Of a stretch of 64,000 nucleotides of DNA, positions 39,491-47,800 are shown piece by piece; position 1 is the stretch's first letter, and each line of letters starts with the position of its first letter. Both the position numbers and the translations under genes were made by a program. This DNA comes from Clostridium sp. CAG:411. GTDB taxonomy: Bacteria > Bacillota > Clostridia > Lachnospirales > Lachnospiraceae. The stretch lies in assembly GCA_000437275.1 (NCBI GenBank), contig FR899730.1:45534-109533 (forward strand), read 5' to 3'. Below the pieces are notes generated by a model. The model saw only the letters and a program-made list of their open reading frames with translations. It ran no database searches and was not told the DNA's origin.

Positions 39491-39519
39491 GTTTGGCATT
39501 ATAAAGGGGGACTTATATT

Positions 39520-42189
39520 ATGGGGAACAAATCAAAAAAGAAACTAATAGCGGTAATAATGAGTGTAGCAATGGCGTGTGGTATGCTTACAGGGACAAAT
39601 ATACAAGTGAAAGCAGCTACGCAGGCAGATGAGACAACTGGTTATTGGGGGGGATTTTGGATTTTGTATAGAAACGAAGAAAGACCAGAAAGTTTTGATG
39701 AATATAGCAATTGTAAATGGTATTGGGGAGATTGGGGAAAGATAAAAAGTGAAGAAACACATTTAAACAATGAAAAAGCTGTTAGTAACATGATTTTACA
39801 GGTTCCCAAGGTAACGAAGGCATTATTAAAGGATGGGGAAGAAATACATTGGTTTAGTTCTAAAAAAAGAGGATATCGTTTTCAAATTTATGGAGAAATA
39901 GTAAAAAAGGATACCTCTGATGTAAAGGATGATGAGGAAACGGTGCCAAGTGAGATTGTCACACCAAGTCCAACCGTAGAACCAACGAAGGTGCCAACAC
40001 CGACACCAACAGTAGAACCAACCAAACAACCAACACCAAGTCCAACCGTGAAACCAACAGAAAAACCAGATTTATCAAAATGTTGTTGGACAGGCTTTCA
40101 GGTACTTAAATTAGGAGAAAAATGTCCTGCTTCATTAGCAGAAATTAGCCAGAGTGAGTGGATGTGGGGAGACTTTGGATATTTAACAAAATGTGAAAGT
40201 ATTTATAATCAACAAACAGTCTCAGAAAGAATTGTATCGGTTCCCAATAAAGTAAAAGAAATGTTAAAAGAGGATGAAGATATACATTGGTTTGCAATAA
40301 GACAGCAGGGATATGGATGGAGAGTTTATGGAGAAATTTATAATGTTAATGTGGAAAAAAGTATAGAAAAAGGTGCGGTGCAAAGTAAAGAGAAGGAAGT
40401 TGTAGTAGAAAACGTATCTGATATAGAAAAATTAAATAAGGTTTATGAAAGTGGTACAGTAATCCGTACATTGGGATTTTATAAAAAAGGAGATGGTGGT
40501 GCAGCTACATATGAGATTGCGAACAGAAGCAACGAAGCAGACTATGCTAATTTTGTTACCAAAACTGGACAACATGTAAACTATGTAGTAGAAAATAATA
40601 CCATCAACATGAAACAGTTGGGTGCAGGTGTATGTGAAGAGAACAATAATGGTACAGTGACAAAGACAGACAATGATGATGCGAAGCGTCTCAATGTAGC
40701 AATTGAGTTGATTGATGATTATGAGAATGGAACCATTTATTTTCCAGCAGGAGAATATCGATGTGCATCTAAAGTATACATTGGAGGAGATAACTACACA
40801 ATAAAAGGCTCAGGAAACAAAAGTATTTTATACACAGATAATGGATATCAGGGAGATGAACATTTTCTAACTGTACTTGGAGATAGCATTACATTGGATG
40901 GGTTCCGTGTGGAAGCCAGAGAAACAAAATGGGTACCTTATTATCGTCAGTGTAGTGTAATGTTTGCAAGCAATATCAATATTTTAAATTGTGAATTTTC
41001 CGTACAGGAAAATGTAATTTCCTATAATAAGAGTAGAGACAGACAGTATACAAATATCACACTATATACAGGTTGGCATAATGTAACGATTGATAACTGT
41101 GTAATGGAACAGATGGGATGTGTGGAACGTGGAGCATGTCTTGGTATTATTGATATGTGGAGCAATGGATGTTCTGGAGCATCTGTAACAAATTGTACGA
41201 TGAGACAGAATGCACATGATGAGATGATTGGAATATTTACAAAGACAGGAGCCAATGCTTCTATCTCTGATATATATATTGCAAATAATAAAATGTATAC
41301 CGCATCTGCATCAAATGTAAGTAAGAAAACTATGGCAATAACGATGGCATATGACGAGTCAAAACAGATTTCTAATATTCGTTTTGTAAACAATTATGTG
41401 AAGGCAGAAGTACCATCTAACTTTATGACATTTGGTTCTTTGGCAGATTGTGTCATTAAAGATAACGTATTTGACATTGTGCATACAGGTTCCAGCTACG
41501 GCGGCGTTATGTTTGATGCAAGAACAGGTGTAACCGTTGAGAATAATAAGATTAACATTTCATCAGATGTAAAGAATGGTGGCATTATGCAAATATTCAA
41601 ACGAGATGGTGTTTTTAAGAACAATGATGTAAACTGCGAATGTTATGTATATGCAGGCTCTTACATGGGTGGAAAATTGATCGGAAACAATATAAAATTA
41701 GAAAAAGGTTGTCATGCAGTTGCCATAACACCAGAGGAATTTAAAGAAAATAATGTTACCGTTACAGGTAAGGTAGACAATTTTATTCATTATGATGGAC
41801 TAGAGTATGATTCTATTATTTCTGGAAACGAATTTGATTATGACTATGATGATTCAAAAGATGAAATTTATCCAAGCAATGGAGGCAGTTTTATTTATGC
41901 TGGTTTTCATGCTGGAATTAATGGACATACAGTTACAGTTACCTCGAATAAAATTCAGACCTCCAATCAGGTAACTTCAAAAAATAAAAGCTTGCTTTGT
42001 TATGGAGTTGGCAACACAGAACCACAGACGTTTAGGTTCAAAGATAATCAGGTCGGTTTGTATAGATGGGTTAGAAGTTTATATGGACAGAATATGGAAA
42101 AAGTTACGCTTGAAAATAATTATGATAAGGCGGGCAACTCAATCACAAAAGACGAATATACGGTATTTTTTAATAATACAACATACTAA
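39520..42189 (+). CDS. Secreted multidomain protein: signal peptide, two ~95-aa repeat domains, a Pro/Thr linker, and a right-handed beta-helix domain of the Pectate_lyase_3 or tailspike type (putative glycan depolymerase or adhesin)
   Basis: Signal peptide MGNKSKKKLIAVIMSVAMACGMLTGTNIQVKAAT. The duplicated repeats have the form W.GF.IL...W.WGD.G......IHWF...GY...YGEI. The linker is PSPTVEPTKVPTPTPTVEPTKQPTPSPTVKPTEKP. The beta-helix starts with MKQLGAGVCEENNNGT...IYFPAGEYRCA and has many N.xI / NN repeats. Confidence 0.6.
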   Translation: MGNKSKKKLIAVIMSVAMACGMLTGTNIQVKAATQADETTGYWGGFWILYRNEERPESFDEYSNCKWYWGDWGKIKSEETHLNNEKAVSNMILQVPKVTKALLKDGEEIHWFSSKKRGYRFQIYGEIVKKDTSDVKDDEETVPSEIVTPSPTVEPTKVPTPTPTVEPTKQPTPSPTVKPTEKPDLSKCCWTGFQVLKLGEKCPASLAEISQSEWMWGDFGYLTKCESIYNQQTVSERIVSVPNKVKEMLKEDEDIHWFAIRQQGYGWRVYGEIYNVNVEKSIEKGAVQSKEKEVVVENVSDIEKLNKVYESGTVIRTLGFYKKGDGGAATYEIANRSNEADYANFVTKTGQHVNYVVENNTINMKQLGAGVCEENNNGTVTKTDNDDAKRLNVAIELIDDYENGTIYFPAGEYRCASKVYIGGDNYTIKGSGNKSILYTDNGYQGDEHFLTVLGDSITLDGFRVEARETKWVPYYRQCSVMFASNINILNCEFSVQENVISYNKSRDRQYTNITLYTGWHNVTIDNCVMEQMGCVERGACLGIIDMWSNGCSGASVTNCTMRQNAHDEMIGIFTKTGANASISDIYIANNKMYTASASNVSKKTMAITMAYDESKQISNIRFVNNYVKAEVPSNFMTFGSLADCVIKDNVFDIVHTGSSYGGVMFDARTGVTVENNKINISSDVKNGGIMQIFKRDGVFKNNDVNCECYVYAGSYMGGKLIGNNIKLEKGCHAVAITPEEFKENNVTVTGKVDNFIHYDGLEYDSIISGNEFDYDYDDSKDEIYPSNGGSFIYAGFHAGINGHTVTVTSNKIQTSNQVTSKNKSLLCYGVGNTEPQTFRFKDNQVGLYRWVRSLYGQNMEKVTLENNYDKAGNSITKDEYTVFFNNTTY
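39961..40068 (+). repeat. Imperfect tandem nucleotide repeats encoding the Pro/Thr-rich linker
   Basis: Blocks of the form CCAACACCAAGTCCAACCGT(A/G)GAACCAAC recur, for example at 39961 and at about 40030. Confidence 0.5.
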
Positions 42190-42195
42190 GAAGAA

Positions 42196-42236
42196 AAGAA
42201 TCTTACGGTCAACAAAAGCGTAAGATTCTTTTTTTG
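42196..42236 (+). terminator. Strong rho-independent terminator after the beta-helix gene
   Basis: A perfect 12-bp stem, AAGAATCTTACG (42196-42207) with CGTAAGATTCTT (42219-42230), followed by TTTTT. Confidence 0.8.
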
Positions 42237-42411
42237 TGTAAAGAGGCAAAATTTTATAGGAAAGTACTTTATTCTTGCTTGTGATATGTCCCATATGATA
42301 AAATAATAAAATGAGATAAAATATAATTACTGTTTCTGAATACATTTATGTCTGTAAAATGAGTGCAGACAAGAGAATAGGACAGTTTACAAGGAAATGG
42401 AGGATTAGTGA

Positions 42412-43521
42412 ATGATACGAGTGTTACATTCCGTCAGTAATATGGATCGTGCGGGATTGGAGACTATGTTGATGAATTATTATCGTCATATAGATCGGGA
42501 ATTGATTCAGTTTGATTTTTTGGCAAATAAGCCAAAACCGGGAGCCTACGAAGAAGAAGTGAAACAGTTAGGTGGACGAATTTTTGTTTCGCCTGGATTT
42601 AACCCTGCTAAATTACCACAGTATAGAAGCTTTATGAAGCAGTTGTTTCAAGAACATCCAGAGATACAGATTGTACATGCACATAATGGAGCGTTGGCTT
42701 ATTATGCATTGCGGGAAGCACAGAGAAATCAAATTCCACATAGAATTGCACATAGTCATAATTCGAAGATTAATTTTGATTTGAAATGGCCAATCAAACA
42801 GTATTGTAGGGCGCATATGAAAAAAGCGGCAACAGATTTTTGGGGCTGTGGAGAATTGGCTGTGGAATTTTACTTTGGAAAAGAAATTGCAGAAAAAAAG
42901 CAGTATACATTAATTCGAAATGCTATTGAGGAAGAACGGTTTGTATATCAAAGAGAAGTTAGAGAGAAGTTAAGAAAACAGTATCAGGTAGAAGATAAAT
43001 TTGTAGTCGGTCATGTGGGACGGTTTATGTATCAGAAGAATCATACCTTTTTAATTGATATTTTTGCAGAGATATATAAGCAAAATCAAAATGCGGTATT
43101 ACTGTTAATCGGGGAAGGAGAATTGGAACAAAAAATTCGAGAAAAGATTTCTAAGCTAGGGCTAACGCAGGCGGTTATTTTTACAGGTTCCATTCCAAAT
43201 GTAAATGAAATGTATCAGATAATGGATGTGTTTCTTTTGCCATCCCTGTATGAGGGATTACCTGTGGTTGGAGTGGAGGCGCAAGCATCAGGTGTGCGTA
43301 CCATTTTTTCAGATACGATTACAAGAGAAGTATCGGTTACAGATACAACGGAATTTGTTCCTTTGGCAGCATCCGCTCAAAAATGGGCCGATGCAGTCCT
43401 GAAATATGCCAATGGATATGAAAGGAAAGATATGACAAAGGAGATTATAAAAGCTGGGTACAGTATTCATACAGAAGCAGAAAAATTGCAAAATTTATAT
43501 ATTAAAATGATGGAGGAGTAA
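42412..43521 (+). CDS. Glycosyltransferase family GT4
   Basis: The EX7E motif EGLPVVGVEAQASGVRTIFSD, with GT-B-type N-terminal and C-terminal halves. Confidence 0.7.
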   Translation: MIRVLHSVSNMDRAGLETMLMNYYRHIDRELIQFDFLANKPKPGAYEEEVKQLGGRIFVSPGFNPAKLPQYRSFMKQLFQEHPEIQIVHAHNGALAYYALREAQRNQIPHRIAHSHNSKINFDLKWPIKQYCRAHMKKAATDFWGCGELAVEFYFGKEIAEKKQYTLIRNAIEEERFVYQREVREKLRKQYQVEDKFVVGHVGRFMYQKNHTFLIDIFAEIYKQNQNAVLLLIGEGELEQKIREKISKLGLTQAVIFTGSIPNVNEMYQIMDVFLLPSLYEGLPVVGVEAQASGVRTIFSDTITREVSVTDTTEFVPLAASAQKWADAVLKYANGYERKDMTKEIIKAGYSIHTEAEKLQNLYIKMMEE

Positions 43522-43526
43522 AGTAC

Positions 43527-44537
43527 GTGCAGGAAAAAGAGAAAAAAAAGAATCATTTTCTTGACCTATTAAAAGGAATTGCGTGTATAGGAGTTGTGTT
43601 TGGACATGCGTTGTTTCCTGGGCAGTTTGGGTATTTTGTATTGACTGCTGCTACAGGAATGGTTCCTATATTCTTTTTAATATCAGGATACTATTCTTAT
43701 CAGGCATCACAAGAGAAGTTACTATTAAAAACTAAGAGAAAAGAAAAACACATAGCAATGATAACAGGTGGTGTGTTGGGGCTATATTTGCTTTGGATGT
43801 TGCTAAGGGTTCTTTTGAGAAAAAAAGCATTTTCCACAATAGTACATGTAATCAATGTTCGTTCTGTCGTTAAGTTTTTGGTGCTGAACGATACGACCAT
43901 GTTCGATGGTGGACATTTATGGTTTTTGCTGGCGTTATTATATTGCTATATTGCGTTGTACATAATAGGTCGTTTTCAACTTATGAAGTTTACTTATCCA
44001 GTTATAGCGATTGCATTTGTTTTGCGTATCTTTGCTGTATCTTGTGGAAATTGGCACTATAGTCAGAATTTTTGGGTGGATGGATTTCCTTACTTTTTTC
44101 TGGGCTATTATTTGAGAGAGCATTCGGAACGGTATGCTAAAGTGAAAAGTAACCTATGCGTAGGTTTGGCAATTGGTGGTTTCTTATTTAGTGAAATTGC
44201 AAATATGGGAGGCGTGTTCCCATTTCGACTAAATATTTATGAAATCGGTACGATTTTAATGGCAATTTCTCTTTTTGTTTATGCCATCAAAAATCCTGAA
44301 ATCGGAGAAAATTCATTTCTGGAAAAAATAGGAAGAAACTATTCTATGTTTGTGTATATTGTCCATGTTATAGTTTTACAGGCGATTACAGATTATGAAG
44401 GTATTATTCTAAAAAGTATTCCTACTTGGTATTTGTGGATAAAACCGATTTTAGTGGTATGTCTTACTTTATTGCTTGCCATGCTTTTTGACAAGAGAAA
44501 AGGAGTTTATAGGAAGTTGTTTCATTTATATGAATGA
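43527..44537 (+). CDS. Acyltransferase family 3 (membrane O-acyltransferase)
   Basis: NHFLDLLKGIACIGVVFGHA in a polytopic protein. GTG start with GGAGGAG upstream. Confidence 0.6.
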   Translation: MQEKEKKKNHFLDLLKGIACIGVVFGHALFPGQFGYFVLTAATGMVPIFFLISGYYSYQASQEKLLLKTKRKEKHIAMITGGVLGLYLLWMLLRVLLRKKAFSTIVHVINVRSVVKFLVLNDTTMFDGGHLWFLLALLYCYIALYIIGRFQLMKFTYPVIAIAFVLRIFAVSCGNWHYSQNFWVDGFPYFFLGYYLREHSERYAKVKSNLCVGLAIGGFLFSEIANMGGVFPFRLNIYEIGTILMAISLFVYAIKNPEIGENSFLEKIGRNYSMFVYIVHVIVLQAITDYEGIILKSIPTWYLWIKPILVVCLTLLLAMLFDKRKGVYRKLFHLYE

Positions 44538-44803
44538 ATATTTAGGTAATAAAAGTAATTTGAAATTCATAAATATAATAGCGTGTATGGCTTGTGATTT
44601 TTTCTGTTTCTCTCTATGTATATGGTTGGTTAATAAAAAGAGTAAATGTTACAATGGCGTTTTGGGTAGATTTGTTAATCACAAGTGTGATAGTTTTTCT
44701 GTTGGCAAATCTGTTTCATAAAATAGTAGAAAAAAGGATTGAGTGGTTATTACAGAAAGTGCAGAAATAGTATGAATATTGGGAAGAGAAGGAGAGTTTA
44801 ATA

Positions 44804-47800
44804 GTGAGACAGCTTATTGAAAGAATAAAAATATGCTATATTTTGGGAGTATGTGTAGCAACTGTATTATTGAGCGGAAAAGTCATTCATGCAGCAGTAA
44901 ATCAGCAGAATACGGGGACGGAAAAGGTGGCAGTGGACAAGACTGTGTCCATTGCAGATACACAAGAGTATAAGAATATGGATTACTCTTTTATGAAAAC
45001 ATTTCAATATGGCAGTGTAGTAAAGGCTTCGAAAGAATTTGATACCGTTGAGGATATGAAAAAAGCTTCTATAAAAAAAGGAAGCTATGTTCGTACAAAA
45101 GGGTATTATGCGGATGGAGATAATGGGGCAGCATGTTATCTAATTGCAGAAAAGCAGGAAACGGGAGGTATCAAATTAGAGAACGGTTTGTATGCGAACA
45201 TTCAACCAGATACCTATACTGATAACAACGGGGAAAAATGGGTCGTTGGAAATGTTCTTCAATATGGAGCGAAGGCAGATGGAAAGCAGGAAGATGAAGT
45301 AGCCATTAACAACGCAATTAAAAGTATTGGTACATTTACAAATGAGAAAGATTCAACTGGATATGAATGTGAACGTGGACTTATTTATATGCCTGCAGGA
45401 GAGTATAAGTGTGCTAATACGATTCGACTGGGATACAGCAATGTAAATCTGGTAGGAGACGGAGCAGATACGGTACTGTTTACAGACAATGATTATAGAG
45501 ATAAGGAAGGCTACGCGGAATTCTTTTTTGAAGTTTGGGGAGCCAATCATACTTTTATAGCTAATTTTCAAATTGAAGCAAGAGAAGTGGATTTGTATCA
45601 TTATATGCGACAGTTTGTAGTGCTTTATAGTGAGCAGGTGTATCTTTATCAGGTGAATCTGTTAATTCCGCAAAGTACCTATTCTTCCTATTATTTTGAA
45701 GACAAACAGTATTCAAATTTTTGCTGTTATACGGGAAATAAGTTTGTTACCGTAGATGGTTGTAAAATGGAACAGATGAGTGGTACTTATCGTGGTGCCA
45801 ATGTTGGTGTGTTGGATATATGGTCTGGCGGAGAAGAAAATATTACTATTATGAATTGTGATTTCTATGGAAATGCCAGAGATGAGCAGTTTGGATTTTT
45901 CAGTAAAGACGATGAAAATGCATCGGTAAAGCATATCAATTTTATCAACAATACCATTCATTCTGTACAGTTAAAGTATCCCGATATTATTGGAACAAGA
46001 ACGATGTGCTTTTCGGTGGCATATGCAGATTCCAAAAATGTAGAGAATATCCGAATTGCAGGAAATCATTTTATTTGTGAAACAGATTCCAAATTTATGA
46101 CGTTTGGAACCGTAAAAAACTGTGTGGTGGAAAACAACATAATTGAAGTGAAATGTACCTATCAGACTTGGTCTATGGTATTTGATTCTAGTAATGAAAA
46201 TGCAGAGGATATTTTAATACAAAAGAATCAATTCTTTTTAACCAGTGATTATGGAATTGGAAAAGGAAATCTTACAGGTGGAAATCTTACATTAAAAGAA
46301 AATCGCATCTTTTCGGATGTGGAATTGGCATTTGGTATTTTGGGACCTGAAATACATGGAAATGAGATTATCTTTTTGAAGAATATGAGCAAGCTGGCAA
46401 GCAATGCCAATTGTACAGATAATAAGATTTATTTGTATAAAGGACTTGGAAATATCGGAACAAATAAAAGGCAAATTGTAAATTATGGTGGGGATAATAC
46501 TGCAAGTTACAATTTTAGTGGAAATGAGATTTATGACTATGAGCGTGTGGACAAGCTGGTGGTATTTCAGTCGTTGATTATGCTTGATGGAGATTTAAAA
46601 ACATTAAACGTGACAAACAACAAATACTATATGCCAAATTCCAGATTTTTATCAAGTGAGTACAGTGAATCCATTCCATATAAAGATACCAAGGGTACCT
46701 ACTATAAAAATAGTATTTTTCGAAAGAAATCGGGAAGTTATGGAAAAATTAACGTATTGAATAATACATTTCAAATGGTAGAATTAGAAAAGTCCGATAG
46801 TACATTTACATATTCAGGAAATCAATGTTTAGCACCTGAAGCTGATTTGACAGAGCAACTATGCAGTACAGTGAAAATTTTAAAGGATGGGGAAGAAGTT
46901 ACAAATATTACTGCTACAGAGGATAGTGTGGATTTAAGTGCTGAAACATTTGTTGTTGTAAAACAGGATTCGGATGGAAATGTGATAGAAGAGAAGAAAG
47001 TTTCAGGAAAGAAGATACGCTGGTATACATCTGTAGAAAAAATTGCTACCGTTTCTACATCGGGAAAAGTTACGCGAAAGCTGTATGGAGATGTAGCTGT
47101 TTATGCGGTTCCTTTGGATGGCAGTGGAGTATATGGAAAGTGTGTATTACATTTTGCAAGACAGAAAGCAGATTCCATTGCTTTTGCACAAAAGAAAATT
47201 GAATTACAATCTGGATTAAAATATTATATGGAATATACGGTATTGCCAAAAGGAGCAACTCAGGAATTGATTTGGACAACTTCAGATAAGAAAGTTGCTA
47301 CTGTGGATCAAAATGGAACCATTACGGCTATAAGTGAAGGAAATGCCACAGTAGAAGGAACTTCTGTAGAAAATCCAGAATTAAAGGCACGTATTAATGT
47401 TAAAGTCTCTAAAGTGACGGTAAAGAAGATTTCGTTGAATGAGACGGTACTCGATGTGGACTATTCCAAAATAGGAACAACAAAGCGGTTGAAGGTATCA
47501 AAATATATTCCTGAAAACGCAACCAATCAGGGAATCAAACAATGGAAATCCAGTGATGAAGAGGTTGCAAAGGTAGATCAAAATGGTGTTGTAACTTTTG
47601 TTGGAGGAGGAAAGGCAACGATTTCAGCGTATTCTATGGATATGAGTTGTGCGGGAACTTGTAAAATATATGTACATCTTCCTGCGGTTTCCAATTTAAA
47701 GGTGAAGGAATATACCGATGATAGAGTTGTGCTGAATTGGGACGAAACGAAAAAAGCAGATGGTTATTATGTATATCAATGGAAGCAAAGCACAGCAGAA

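Noticed and set aside
39414-39632. 72-aa + strand ORF overlapping the start of the 39520 gene
   Set aside because: It spans the c-di-GMP riboswitch 3' half and its terminator, in a different frame from the real secreted-protein gene. It is an artefact of the structured leader.
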